A stretch of DNA of 64,000 nt from positions 8,382 through 72,381 of the forward strand of contig JACPTK010000091.1 of the NCBI GenBank assembly GCA_016192825.1, given 5' to 3'. Below the pieces are notes generated by a model. That model had not been told where the DNA came from, searched no databases, and was given only the letters and a program-made list of their open reading frames with translations. Positions 19,962 through 30,301 of the stretch are shown piece by piece. Every line of letters begins with the position of its first letter. Positions within the stretch are counted from its first letter, which is position 1. The translations under genes and the position numbers were made by a program. This DNA comes from Betaproteobacteria bacterium (GTDB lineage Bacteria > Pseudomonadota > Gammaproteobacteria > Burkholderiales > SG8-41).

Positions 19962-20549
19962 ATGACGGCGAAGACAGGCGAGCGCAAGGACCAGATCCTG
20001 CAGACGCTGGCGCAGATGCTGGAGAATCCCGCGGGCGAGAAAGTGACCACGGCGGCTCTCGCCGCGCGCCTGAAGGTGTCCGAAGCCGCCCTTTACCGCC
20101 ATTTCAGGGGCAAGGCCGAGATGTTCGAGGGGCTGATCGAGTTCATCGAGCAGACGCTGTTCGCGCTCATCAACAAGATCACCAGCGAGGAGAAGAGCGG
20201 CGTGCGCCAGATCGAGGCCATCGTCGCCGTGCTGCTCGGCTTCGCGCAGAAGAACCGCGGCATGACGCGGGTGCTCATCGGCGACGCGCTGGTCAACGAG
20301 GACGGCCGCCTGCAGCTGCGCATCAACCAGCTGCACGATCGCCTGGAGGCCGCGCTCAAGCAGGCGCTGCGCTTCGGGGTGAGCCAGAAGGAGATCGCGC
20401 AGGAGGTGGACGTTGCCGCCCAGGCGAACCTGGTGATCAGCTTCGTCACGGGCCGCTGGCACCAGTTCGCCAAGAGCGGCTTCAAGCGCGATCCGGCCGA
20501 GCTGTGGGCGCGGCAGTGGCGCCAGCTCATGGAGGGCGTCATCGCGTGA
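19962..20549 (+). CDS. slmA: Nucleoid occlusion factor (TetR family)
   Basis: TTAALAARLKVSEAALYRHF...KAEMFEGLIEFIE. Confidence 0.92.
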   Translation: MTAKTGERKDQILQTLAQMLENPAGEKVTTAALAARLKVSEAALYRHFRGKAEMFEGLIEFIEQTLFALINKITSEEKSGVRQIEAIVAVLLGFAQKNRGMTRVLIGDALVNEDGRLQLRINQLHDRLEAALKQALRFGVSQKEIAQEVDVAAQANLVISFVTGRWHQFAKSGFKRDPAELWARQWRQLMEGVIA

Positions 20550-20591
20550 CGCGGGAGGAGCGCGGATAGATCAACAATGGAGAGGTGAAAG

Positions 20592-20942
20592 ATGGCGAAT
20601 CCGACAACTCAACAAATCGCGGAACTGCTGATCGGCATCGCGCGCGCGCAGCAGGCGGTGATCGACGCCATCGAGAGCCAGAAAGCGGGCTACAAGCAGA
20701 CGCACCTGGGGCCGGTCCTGACGACGGCGGCGAAGATCCGCAACACCGGGCACGCGCCGACGCTGATGGACTTCCCCTCGCGGGTGCTGCTCGCGCACCA
20801 GGGGCGCAATCCACCCGATCTGGCGCAGATCGTGCGGGACCTCGAGGCGCTGTTGAGCGGGCAGACCGCCGCGCCCGCCGCCGCACCCGGGGCGGCCGCG
20901 CCCGGGCCCGCGGCGGACGCGTCCTCGCTCGACATGACTTAG
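20592..20942 (+). CDS. Hypothetical protein
   Basis: GAGGTG RBS, coding-like codon bias, Ala/Pro-rich tail. Confidence 0.7.
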   Translation: MANPTTQQIAELLIGIARAQQAVIDAIESQKAGYKQTHLGPVLTTAAKIRNTGHAPTLMDFPSRVLLAHQGRNPPDLAQIVRDLEALLSGQTAAPAAAPGAAAPGPAADASSLDMT

Positions 20943-20947
20943 CTACA

Positions 20948-21055
20948 GTGCTGAGTGCATGGTGCTGAGTGCTGAGTAACAAACGCGCCCGCTGCGCGGG
21001 GTGGTTTGCGTTCCGAGCCCAGCACTCAGTCCTCAGTCCTCAGCACTCGGAACTC
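20948..21055. repeat. Inverted heptamer tracts GTGCTGA x4 / TCAGCAC-TCAGTCC x5
   Basis: 20948-20975 and 21019-21053; the right arm contains the moeB stop. Confidence 0.85.
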
Positions 21056-21807
21056 CGCGTTGCGGCGCCGCAGACCGGGCAGGCGGGGTCCTTCGCCAGC
21101 CTGATGGTGCGCACCTGCATGGTGAGCGCGTCCAGCAGCAACAGCCGGCCGGCGAGCGTCTCGCCCGTCCCCGCAAGCAGCTTCAGGGCTTCCGCCGCCT
21201 GAATCGAGCCGACGATGCCCGTCAACGGCGCGAACACCCCCATTACCGCGCAGCGCACGTCCTCGCTCTCCCCGTGCTCCGGAAACAGGCAGGCGTAGCA
21301 CGCGGCACCGGGCGCGCGCAGGTCGAACACCGCAACCTGCCCGTCGAAGCGCACCGCCGCGCCTGACACGAGCGGCTTCTTCAGCCGCACGCACGCGCGG
21401 TTCACGGCGTGACGAGTGGCGAAATTGTCGCTGCCGTCGATGACGACATCGGCGTCCGCGGCGAGCGTTTCGAGCCGCTTCCCGTCCACCCGCTCGGCCA
21501 GCGCGGCTACCTTGACCTCGGGGTTGATCGCCGCCAGCGTGGCGCGGGCCGAGTCCACTTTCTTGACGCCTATCGAGCCGGTGCGGTGGACGATCTGCCG
21601 CTGCAGGTTGGTGAGATCCACCGACTCGTCATCGCACAGGGTGATGCTGCCCACGCCCGCGGATGCGAGGTACAGCGCCACCGGCGAGCCGAGCCCGCCC
21701 GCCCCGATCACCAGCGCGCGCGCGGCGATCAGCTTTTCCTGCCCTTCGATGCCGATCTGCGGCAGCAGGATATGGCGGCTGTAGCGCAGCAGCTGCTCGT
21801 CGTTCAT
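21040..21807 (-). CDS. moeB: MoeB/ThiF adenylyltransferase
   Basis: RYSRHI, GAGGLG, NLQRQ, CYAC and CPVC. Confidence 0.9.
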   Translation of the reverse strand: MNDEQLLRYSRHILLPQIGIEGQEKLIAARALVIGAGGLGSPVALYLASAGVGSITLCDDESVDLTNLQRQIVHRTGSIGVKKVDSARATLAAINPEVKVAALAERVDGKRLETLAADADVVIDGSDNFATRHAVNRACVRLKKPLVSGAAVRFDGQVAVFDLRAPGAACYACLFPEHGESEDVRCAVMGVFAPLTGIVGSIQAAEALKLLAGTGETLAGRLLLLDALTMQVRTIRLAKDPACPVCGAATRSSEC

Positions 21808-22071
21808 CGTGCGGTGAAGGGCGCGGCGTGAGGGGAGAGATGAGTGTACAACAAGACGCCCGGCGTTTGCCGGGCGTTGCCTGCTGCCGATTGCCGACCG
21901 CCCGATGTGTCGGACTTCGGGTTCAGGACGGGTTTTCGCAGGCCACCCCGGTCGCGATCGGCCCGGCCAGCGGGCGACGCACTGCTAGCCGCCGGTCGGC
22001 TCTGCGATTCCCGGGATCAAACAACCCATGCTTTTGCACCGGCCATTCATAGGGCGATTCCGAAAGGCTGC

Positions 22072-23493
22072 TCAGTTTGCGACGCGGGTCGTGTCGCGGC
22101 CCTTCAGGAAAGCGATCGCCTGGTTGAGCTCGTAGTCGTGCTTGGACACGATCTCGCCGGGCTCGGGCTTGAGCAGCTTCTCGTCGATGTCCTTCGGGCG
22201 CGGCGCCGGCGTGAAGTTGAATTGCTTCGCGGCCGCCGCCGTCGCCTTGGCCTTCTCCTCCTCCTTGCCGTTGTCGGTGAGATGCTTGGTGAGGTCGGAC
22301 TCGCGCAACTTCAGGCTCGCGGCGCGCTCGCTCGCGCCGTCATCGAGCGGGATGTCCGGCATGATGCCGCGCGCCTGGATCGAGCGCCCGTTCGGCGTGT
22401 AGTAGCGCGCCGTGGTGAGCTTGATCGCCGTGCTGTTGCCCAGCGGCAGTATGGTCTGCACCGAGCCCTTGCCGAAGGTCTGCTGTCCCATGATCACCGC
22501 GCGCTTGTGATCCTGCAGCGCGCCGGCGACGATTTCGGAGGCCGAGGCCGAGCCGCCGTTCACCAGCACCACCATCGGCACCGTTTTCGCATCCGGCGGC
22601 AGCCTTCTGAGGTAGTCTTCCTTCAGGCGGCCGCGCAGGTAGTGCTCCGGGTTCGCGTTGAGCTTCATCTTCGAGTCCTCGGTGCGGCCGTCGGTGTACA
22701 CCACCAGCGAGCCCGCGGGCAGGAAGGCGGCGGACACCGCCACGGCGCCGTTGAGCAGTCCGCCGGGGTCGTTGCGAAGGTCGAGCACGATCCCCTTCAT
22801 CGGCGCCTGGTTTTCCTTGAAGTGCCTCTCGATCGCGCGGGCAAGCGTCTCCCCGGTATGCTCCTGGAACTGGCTCACGCGGAAATAGGCATAGCCCGGC
22901 TCGAGCAGCCTGGATTTCACGCTCTGGATCTTGATGATGGAGCGCGTCAGCGTCACCACGATCGGCTTGGCCTCGCCCTTGCGCACGATGGTCAGCGTGA
23001 TCTGGGTGTTGGGCTTGCCGCGCATGCGCTTCACGGCCTCGCTCAGCGTCATGCCCTTCACGGAAATCTCGTCGAGCTTGACGATGAGATCGCCGGGCTT
23101 GATGCCGGCGCGCGCGGCGGGCGTGTCGTCGATCGGGGCCACCACCTTGACGAAGCCGTCCTCCATGCCGACCTCGATGCCGAGGCCGCCGAATTCTCCC
23201 TGCGTGCCGACCTGCAGTTCCCTGAACGCTTCCTGGTCGAGATACGAGGAATGGGGGTCGAGGCCGGTCAGCATGCCGTTGATCGCCTCGGTGATGAGCT
23301 TCTTGTCGTCCACCGGCTCGACGTAATCGCTCTTCACGCGGCCGAACACCTCGGTGAACGCGCGCAGCTCCTCGATCGGCAGCGGGGCGGTCGCCGTTGC
23401 CTTCTGCGCCACCGCCGAGAAATTGAGGCTCACCGCGACGCCGATCAGCGCCCCGGTGACCAACAGGCCGATTTGATGCAGCTTGTTACGCAT
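22072..23493 (-). CDS. ctpA: S41 carboxy-terminal processing protease
   Basis: LDPHS, GLGIEV (PDZ), LDLRNDPGG, SASASEI, TFGKGSVQ. Confidence 0.95.
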   Translation of the reverse strand: MRNKLHQIGLLVTGALIGVAVSLNFSAVAQKATATAPLPIEELRAFTEVFGRVKSDYVEPVDDKKLITEAINGMLTGLDPHSSYLDQEAFRELQVGTQGEFGGLGIEVGMEDGFVKVVAPIDDTPAARAGIKPGDLIVKLDEISVKGMTLSEAVKRMRGKPNTQITLTIVRKGEAKPIVVTLTRSIIKIQSVKSRLLEPGYAYFRVSQFQEHTGETLARAIERHFKENQAPMKGIVLDLRNDPGGLLNGAVAVSAAFLPAGSLVVYTDGRTEDSKMKLNANPEHYLRGRLKEDYLRRLPPDAKTVPMVVLVNGGSASASEIVAGALQDHKRAVIMGQQTFGKGSVQTILPLGNSTAIKLTTARYYTPNGRSIQARGIMPDIPLDDGASERAASLKLRESDLTKHLTDNGKEEEKAKATAAAAKQFNFTPAPRPKDIDEKLLKPEPGEIVSKHDYELNQAIAFLKGRDTTRVAN

Positions 23494-23512
23494 TGCGCGC
23501 TCCTGAAGAACC

Positions 23513-23603
23513 GTGAGTCGTGAGTGGTGAGTAGTGAATGGAGAAACCGCCCGCTCCAGCTCCAAGCGGTTGTTACCACTCACCAATCACTACTCACATT
23601 CAC
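23513..23603. repeat. Inverted heptamer tracts GTGAGTN x4 / NACTCAC x4 between envC and ctpA
   Basis: 23513-23540 and 23577-23603. Confidence 0.85.
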
Positions 23604-24787
23604 CGTATGTTGACCCAGTCCAGGGGATCCAGCGGCCGGCCCTGGTACCGGAGTTCGAAGTATAAACCCGAATCGGCATTGCCGCCGCTCGCGCCGACCG
23701 CGCCGATCGGCTCGCCGCCGCGGATCGGCTCGCCGACCCGCTTGTAGAGCGCCTCGTTGTTGCCGTAGAGGCTCATGTAGGCGTCGCCGTGATCGACGAT
23801 CATCAGGTTGCCGAAGCCGCGCAGCCAGTCGGCGAATACCACCCGCCCGTCGCCCACCGCCCGGACCTCCTCGCCGGCCCGGGCGAGGATGAACCACCCC
23901 TTCCAGAGCGCCCCGCCGTCCGAACGTGGACTGCCGAAGCGGTTCGCAAGTTCCCCGCGGACCGGCAGGCGCATCCTGCCCTTCAGGCTCAGGAAGGGGG
24001 ATTCCTCGCCGGCGCCCTGCGGAACGCGCTCGCTCCCCGGCCGCGGCGCGGGCCGCGCGCGCGCGACCAGCTTCGACAGGCTCTCGACGAGCCGGGCAAG
24101 CCGGCTCTCGTTGCGCTTCAGCGTGCCGATTTCGCGCCGCTGGCGCTGGACGTCGAGTGAAATCCGGGCGAGCATCTCGCCGCGCGCGCGCTTGTCGCGC
24201 TCGAGGCGCGCGCGCAGCGCCTGGCTTGCGGCGGTAACGGCGGCGAGCTCCGCCGCCTCCCGCGCCGTTTCCTGGGAGAGCTGGCGCACCCGCGCGAGGC
24301 CGCCGCGCGTCTCCGCGATCAGCCGCGCCCGCGCGCGGGAGAGGTAGCCGAAATAATGCAGGCGGCGCGCGATCTCATGGGGATCCTCGCGGTTGAGCAG
24401 AAGCTTCAGCGGCTCGGAACGGCCGCCGAGGTAATGCTGGTGGAGCATGCGCGCGAGCAGCGACTGCTGCGCTTTCAGCGAGGCTTCGTTCCGGAGCGAC
24501 TCGGCGTGGAGTTCCGCGAGCCGCCGGTTGATCTCGCGGGACCGGGCCCCGAGCTCGCGCAGCTCGCGGTTCGCCTCCGAGATCGCGCGCTCCGATTCCC
24601 TCAGCGCGTCGGCTGCCTCGCTCTTCGATTCTTCCGCATCCGCAAGCCGCTTTTGCAGCGCCTCGATGCGGCCGCGCAGTTCGCGCAGCTCCTTTTCCTT
24701 CGGGCCGGCCCCCGCGGGCTCCGCGTCCGGGCCCGCCAGCAGCAGGAGGAGAAGGAGGGCGGCGGCCGCGAGGCGTTTGTCGGACAC
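23600..24787 (-). CDS. envC: Murein hydrolase activator EnvC (coiled coil + M23-like domain)
   Basis: Long coiled coil, ADWLRGFGNLMIVDHG, LYFELR; gpmI-envC-ctpA order; GTG start inferred. Confidence 0.88.
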   Translation of the reverse strand: MSDKRLAAAALLLLLLLAGPDAEPAGAGPKEKELRELRGRIEALQKRLADAEESKSEAADALRESERAISEANRELRELGARSREINRRLAELHAESLRNEASLKAQQSLLARMLHQHYLGGRSEPLKLLLNREDPHEIARRLHYFGYLSRARARLIAETRGGLARVRQLSQETAREAAELAAVTAASQALRARLERDKRARGEMLARISLDVQRQRREIGTLKRNESRLARLVESLSKLVARARPAPRPGSERVPQGAGEESPFLSLKGRMRLPVRGELANRFGSPRSDGGALWKGWFILARAGEEVRAVGDGRVVFADWLRGFGNLMIVDHGDAYMSLYGNNEALYKRVGEPIRGGEPIGAVGASGGNADSGLYFELRYQGRPLDPLDWVNIR

Positions 24788-24976
24788 AAGCCGGACAAAC
24801 TCCTTATGCAAAACCACCCGCACGAAAATGGAAGTAAAAGGCAGTGAATACCTCATTGGCAGCCTACTCGCGCGCCCATCGGTGACCCATGGGGGTCGTT
24901 ATCCTGGGTTTCATTCGAAATCCGCGAGCGGTATTGCCGTAAGCAGCCTGCCGGATAACCAAATCTGACAGGCTGC

Positions 24977-26509
24977 TTACGTGAAGGTGATGAGGGGCTT
25001 TCCGGTCATCTGCGGCGGCTGCGGCAGGCCCATCATGGCGAGCAGGGTGGGCGCCACGTCCTGCAGCGCGCCGCCGCTCGCGATCCTCGCCGTGCGCCCG
25101 ATGTAGAGCAGCGGCACGAGATTGAGCGTGTGCGCCGTGTGAGGCTGCCGCGTCGCGGGGTCGAGCATGGTCTCCGCATTGCCGTGGTCGGCGGTGATCA
25201 GCACCTCGCCGCCGGTCTCCCGCATCGCGTCCACCACGTGCCCGATGCATTCGTCCAGCACCTCGATGGCACGGGTGGCCGCCGCCAGCTTGCCGGTGTG
25301 CCCGACCATGTCGCCGTTCGCGTAGTTGCAGACGATGGCGTCGTAGCGGCGGCTGCGGATCGCCCCCACCAGCTTCTCCGTCACCTCGTAGGCGCTCATC
25401 TCGGGCTTCAGGTCGTAGGTCGCGACTTTGGGCGAGGGCACCAGGATGCGGTCCTCGCCGGCGTACGGCTTCTCGACGCCCCCGTTCAGGAAGTAGGTCA
25501 CGTGCGCGTATTTCTCGGTCTCGGCGATGCGCAGCTGTTTCAGCCCTTGCGAGGAAAGGTATTCGCCGAAGCCGTTTTTGACGCTCTGGGGCAGGAACGC
25601 CGCCGGGATGTGCGCGAAGTCCTCGCCGTAGCGCGTCAGCGTGCACAGATAGCCCAGCTTGGGAAAATGCGCCCGGGCGAAGCCGTTGAACGCCCCGTCG
25701 GTGAGCGCGCGGGTGAGCTGCCGGGCGCGGTCGGCGCGGAAATTCATGAAGACGACCGCGTCGCCATCGCTCATGGGGAGGTCGGCGGGCCCGATGGCGG
25801 TGGCCTTGACGAACTCGTCGGTTTCGCCGCGCGCATAGGCCGCGCGCAAGCCCTCGATCGCGCTCGCGGCGCGGTACTCGGCCCGTCCACGGGTGATGAG
25901 ATCGTAAGCGGGCTGCACGCGCTCCCACCGGTTGTCGCGGTCCATCGCGTAATAGCGGCCGCAGATCGAGGCGATGCTGCCGGCCTTGAGCCCGTCGCAT
26001 TGCTTCTGCAGTGCGGCGAGCGAGGCTTCGGCGCTTTTCGGAGGGGTGTCGCGGCCGTCGAGAAAAGCGTGCACCCGCAGGTCCTTCACGCCTGTGCGCG
26101 CCGCCAGCTCCAGCATCGCGTAAATCTGGGATTCGTGGCTGTGCACGCCGCCGGGAGAGACGAGCCCCAGGACGTGCAGCGCGCGGCCGGCGTCGCGCGC
26201 ATGCTCCGCCGCCTTCCGCAGCACCGGGTTCCTGGAGAACTCGCCGGTCTCGATCGCATTCTCGATCCGGGTGTAGTCCTGGTACACCACGCGCCCCGCG
26301 CCGATGTTCATGTGCCCGACCTCGGAATTCCCCATCTGGTCCTTGGGCAGGCCCACCCATTTCTCGGAGGCGTCGATGATGGTGTGGGGACAGGTCTGCC
26401 ACAGGAAGTTCCAGTGCGGCTTGCGCGCCTGGCAGATGGCGTTGTCCTCGCATTCCTCGCGGTGCCCGAAACCGTCGAGTATGATCAGCAGAACCGGAGT
26501 GGCTTTCAT
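24977..26509 (-). CDS. gpmI: 2,3-BPG-independent phosphoglycerate mutase
   Basis: ILDGFG, MGNSEVGH, GGVHSH, ETEKYAHVT, TADHGN. Confidence 0.97.
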   Translation of the reverse strand: MKATPVLLIILDGFGHREECEDNAICQARKPHWNFLWQTCPHTIIDASEKWVGLPKDQMGNSEVGHMNIGAGRVVYQDYTRIENAIETGEFSRNPVLRKAAEHARDAGRALHVLGLVSPGGVHSHESQIYAMLELAARTGVKDLRVHAFLDGRDTPPKSAEASLAALQKQCDGLKAGSIASICGRYYAMDRDNRWERVQPAYDLITRGRAEYRAASAIEGLRAAYARGETDEFVKATAIGPADLPMSDGDAVVFMNFRADRARQLTRALTDGAFNGFARAHFPKLGYLCTLTRYGEDFAHIPAAFLPQSVKNGFGEYLSSQGLKQLRIAETEKYAHVTYFLNGGVEKPYAGEDRILVPSPKVATYDLKPEMSAYEVTEKLVGAIRSRRYDAIVCNYANGDMVGHTGKLAAATRAIEVLDECIGHVVDAMRETGGEVLITADHGNAETMLDPATRQPHTAHTLNLVPLLYIGRTARIASGGALQDVAPTLLAMMGLPQPPQMTGKPLITFT

Positions 26510-26640
26510 GATTTCACGGACAAGGATTTTGTCGGGCTGGGGCTCGACAAAATCCTAACGAAGGTCCGACCCGACGAATAGGACAAGGCAGGATCGCGGA
26601 GACACGAACTTGACCGGGCTTCCGTTTCCATCGCTGGGGC

Positions 26641-28431
26641 ATGGTGCCGTCCGCGGACCATTCTAAACCATTTGCCCGCGCCAGCCTGCTGCTGGTCGGG
26701 CTGATGTTCGTGCTGCCGTTCCTGCAGCCGTTCCACTATTATCCGCTGACCTCGTTCTACAGCGAATGGCTCGCGTTCGCGCTCGGACTCGCTGCGGCGA
26801 CGCTGCTCCTGCGCAAGGAGCCATGGCGCGAAGCGGCGCTGCCAGTGGTCGCGATCGTGCCGATCGGGTTGGCGGCGGTCATCGGGCTGCAAGCCGCGCT
26901 TGGGCGCGTGCCATATCCCGAGCAGGCACTGACCGTGACGCTCTACCTTTTATGGGCGGTCTTGCTGGTTCTGCTCGGCTCCGCGCTCCGGCGCATGCTG
27001 GCGCTCACGGACGTCGCATCGGTGCTCGCGTGGTTTCTGCTCGCCGGCGGTATCCTCAGCGCGCTGATCGGACTGCTCCAGCATTATCAGTTTCCGACTC
27101 CCGTTGATTTCCTCGTTGCGCGCAAGGTCGCGCAGAAAGTGTACGGCAACCTCGGGCAGCCCAATCACTTCGCTTCATACGTCACGTTGTCGCTTGCCTC
27201 GGCGGGCTATCTGTACGCATGCCGGCGCCTGCATGGCGCGCTGGCCGGGGGCTGCATGGCGCTGTTTCTGCTGGTACTGGCGCTCTCAGGGTCGCGCAGC
27301 ACCTGGTTCTATCTCGGAGCGCTTGGGGTGCTCGCCCTGCTCCTGCACGTCCGCCGGCGCGATGACGGGAGCCGCCGCCTCGCGCTTGCCGGAGGATTGC
27401 TGCTGCCTGGCTTCCTCGTCGCGCTGGGCGCGACAACGCTGCCGTTCATGTTGCCGCCCGCGGAATCACCGCTGCTCCCCGCGGAGCGGCTGTTCCAGGC
27501 GGCGGACGGCATCGAGCCGCGCCTGCAACTCTGGAGGGAAGCCTGGCTCATGTTTCTCGGCGCGCCGGTCCTCGGCGCAGGCTGGGGACAGTTCACGTGG
27601 CACCACTTCGGATATCAGGCAGCGACCGGCGCCTCGGCAGCACCCGGCCTGTTCAACCACGCCCACAACATCGTGATGCAGCTGATGGCTGAAACCGGGC
27701 TGGTCGGCGCGACGATAATCGTCGGAGCGTTGGTGCTTTGGCTCGCGGACCTCAGGCGCGTCCGGTTCGGTCTCGAATGGGGGTGGCTGCTTGCGCTGCT
27801 TGCCGTCATCGGCATCCACAGCCTGCTCGAATTACCGTTGTGGTATTCGTACTTTCTCGGCATGGCGGCGTTGCTGCTGGGACTCGGCGCGGAGCGCGTG
27901 CTTGCGCTGCGGTTCTCGGGCGCGGTGCGCATGGTCGCTTCGCTTGCCGTCATCTCAGGCTGGGTGAACCTCGGCTTCATGCTGTCCGCTTACCGGGATT
28001 TCGAGCGCCTGGTATTCCTGCCTGAGCGCGCCGCGGCGCGGCCGCAAGATGATGCGGAATTTGCCAAGGCGGTCGTCAGCCTGTATCGCGAGCCGTCGCT
28101 CGTTCCGTATATCGAGCTGGCGATCGCGTTCGGCGTCACGGTGAACGAAGACCGGCTGCCGGACAAGCTTGCGCTCGTTTCCCGCGCCGAGCGTTTTGCG
28201 CCGGTGGCCGTCGTGGCGCATCGCCGTGCGCTGTTGCTGGCGCTCGCGGGCGAGCGTGAAGCGGCGCTTGCGCAACTCGAGCGCTCGCTGCGTGTCTATC
28301 CCGAGGATGCCCGCGACATCGCCGCCCAGCTTGAAGTGCTCGCGAGCCGGCATCCCGGCGAGTTCATGCCCCTGCTAGAATTGGCCCTGGCCAGAGGCGC
28401 GGAATTTCGCGCGCGCGCCGCGACCCAGTGA
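26641..28431 (+). CDS. PglL-type O-oligosaccharyltransferase (Wzy_C) paralog 1
   Basis: GNLGQPNHFA, SRS, GAGWGQF, HAHN, HSLLELPLWY. Confidence 0.88.
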   Translation: MVPSADHSKPFARASLLLVGLMFVLPFLQPFHYYPLTSFYSEWLAFALGLAAATLLLRKEPWREAALPVVAIVPIGLAAVIGLQAALGRVPYPEQALTVTLYLLWAVLLVLLGSALRRMLALTDVASVLAWFLLAGGILSALIGLLQHYQFPTPVDFLVARKVAQKVYGNLGQPNHFASYVTLSLASAGYLYACRRLHGALAGGCMALFLLVLALSGSRSTWFYLGALGVLALLLHVRRRDDGSRRLALAGGLLLPGFLVALGATTLPFMLPPAESPLLPAERLFQAADGIEPRLQLWREAWLMFLGAPVLGAGWGQFTWHHFGYQAATGASAAPGLFNHAHNIVMQLMAETGLVGATIIVGALVLWLADLRRVRFGLEWGWLLALLAVIGIHSLLELPLWYSYFLGMAALLLGLGAERVLALRFSGAVRMVASLAVISGWVNLGFMLSAYRDFERLVFLPERAAARPQDDAEFAKAVVSLYREPSLVPYIELAIAFGVTVNEDRLPDKLALVSRAERFAPVAVVAHRRALLLALAGEREAALAQLERSLRVYPEDARDIAAQLEVLASRHPGEFMPLLELALARGAEFRARAATQ

Positions 28432-28509
28432 CCAGCATCCCTCCCGTGCGGCGCGTTCACGAGACCATAAGGAGTTTGTCGGAGCCAAGTCCGGCAAAAT
28501 CCTAGCGCG

Positions 28510-30276
28510 ATGCCACCGCTGACGCGCTTCGCGGCACCCCGTTTCAGCCTCATCGCGACAGGATTGCTGTGGACGCTGCCGTTCCTGCAGCCCCACCATC
28601 GGTATCCGCTGACCTCGTTCTACAGCGAGTGGCTTGCCATCGTCCTCGGCCTCGTGGCCCTGGTTCTGCTGCTAAACCGGCAGCACGGGCGGGAGACGCA
28701 ATGTCCCGTCACCGTGCTGTTCATCCTCGGCTTCGTCGCGCTGCTTGCGCTGCAGTTTGCAGCCGGCCGCATTCCGTACGCGGGAATGGCATTGGTCGCG
28801 GCGCTCTATCTCGGGTGGGCAGCGCTGCTCATGATTCTGGGCGGCGCGCTGCGCCGCGACCTGGGCTTGACCACCGTCGTGACGACGCTCGCGTGGTTCC
28901 TGCTCGCTGCCGGGTGCCTCAACGCGATCATCGCGTTGCTGCAATACTTCGATATTGCGACGCTGTTCGACCCGCTGATCGCCCGCACGGGCGGCGCCGC
29001 GGTGTACGGCAACCTGGCTCAACGGAATCATTTTGCCAGCTACTCCATGCTGGCGTTTGCCTCGATTGCGTACCTGTTCGCGCGAGGGCGGATACCCGGG
29101 GCCCTGGCCGTCGCGGCTGCGGCGCCGCTCGCTTTCACGCTCGGGCTGTCAGGTTCGCGCAGCGTGCTGCTGTATCTTGCCGTTGTGCTGGCGCTCGCAG
29201 TGCCGTTTTTCCGGGGGACGGATCCGGGTGGTCGGCGGCTCCTTGCATGCGTGGCCGTTTTCCTCGCCGGCGCCGTGGCATCGCAGTGGATCGCGACCCT
29301 GCCAGGGCTCGCGCCGACCGGTGGCGCCGTCACGACGGCGCAGCGGTACTTTTCCGATGTGGAAAGCGTCAATCAGCGCATCCACCTGGCCGCCGAGTCG
29401 TGGTGGATGCTCCTTCGGGCGCCGCTACTGGGCGTAGGGTGGGGTCAGTTCGCGCTGCACGAGTTTGAGTATCGCTCGCTGTTCGGCCTGACCGCATTGG
29501 GGTGGCCTCACCATAATGCCCACAATATCGTGCTGCACTTGCTTGCCGTAGCCGGCCTGCTCGGCGCGTCCCTGATCGTTGGCGCGGCCGCATTCTGGTT
29601 GTGGGGACTCCGGCGCGCCGCATTCGACCTCGAGCGCTGGTGGTTGCTCGTGCTGATTGCGGTGATTGGCGTCCACAGCCTGCTGGAGTATCCGCTCTGG
29701 TACGCCTATTTCCTGGGAATCGCCGCGGTCGTGCTGGGACTGGGTTCGGAGCGTAACCTGACCCTGCGCCCCGGGCGCGCGGGCGCGATCACCGTGCTGC
29801 TGCTTCTCGGGACCGGCGTTTACTTCGCCGCTTCAGCGCTCCACGGGTATCGCGAATTCGAGCGGCTGTTTGCCCGTGACGCCGCCGTGCCCGAGGGAAA
29901 CGAGCGCGCAATCATCTTGTCGCGCGCCCACCGCGAGCCCATGCTCAGGCCTTATGCCGAGCTCGCCATCTCCTTTGACCTTCGCGTGGACGCCGAGCGG
30001 CTGCGCGACAAGCTCGCGCTCAACGGCCGGGTGATGCGCTTCGCGCCGATCGACGTCGTGGTCTACCGGCAGGCCATGCTGCTCGCGCTGGCGGGCGAGC
30101 CCCAGGCCGCGGCGCGCCAGCTGGAGCGTGCCGCGCGCGTCTATCCCGGCGAGCTGGCGACCACCGTCTCGACCCTGCGGGAACTGGCGGCGCGGTACCC
30201 CCGCGAGATGGAGCCTCTGCTAGAATTGGCGGCCGCGATATCCGCGGAGCGGCGCGCCGGGCGCGTCGACCATTAG
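28510..30276 (+). CDS. PglL-type O-oligosaccharyltransferase paralog 2
   Basis: GNLAQRNHFA, GVGWGQF, NAHN, HSLLEYPLWY. Confidence 0.88.
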   Translation: MPPLTRFAAPRFSLIATGLLWTLPFLQPHHRYPLTSFYSEWLAIVLGLVALVLLLNRQHGRETQCPVTVLFILGFVALLALQFAAGRIPYAGMALVAALYLGWAALLMILGGALRRDLGLTTVVTTLAWFLLAAGCLNAIIALLQYFDIATLFDPLIARTGGAAVYGNLAQRNHFASYSMLAFASIAYLFARGRIPGALAVAAAAPLAFTLGLSGSRSVLLYLAVVLALAVPFFRGTDPGGRRLLACVAVFLAGAVASQWIATLPGLAPTGGAVTTAQRYFSDVESVNQRIHLAAESWWMLLRAPLLGVGWGQFALHEFEYRSLFGLTALGWPHHNAHNIVLHLLAVAGLLGASLIVGAAAFWLWGLRRAAFDLERWWLLVLIAVIGVHSLLEYPLWYAYFLGIAAVVLGLGSERNLTLRPGRAGAITVLLLLGTGVYFAASALHGYREFERLFARDAAVPEGNERAIILSRAHREPMLRPYAELAISFDLRVDAERLRDKLALNGRVMRFAPIDVVVYRQAMLLALAGEPQAAARQLERAARVYPGELATTVSTLRELAARYPREMEPLLELAAAISAERRAGRVDH

Positions 30277-30301
30277 CCGGCGCGGAACGTAGGAATTCAC
30301 G

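Noticed and set aside
21814-21846. Very degenerate GTGARGG-type heptamer tract before moeB
   Set aside because: Fits the strand rule but is too decayed to list as a feature.
21844-23523. Long antisense or alternate-frame ORFs (also 33789-35909, 42921-44852, 48522-51236 and many others)
   Set aside because: They shadow well-supported genes, are Arg/Ala/Pro-rich, and are expected in high-GC DNA.
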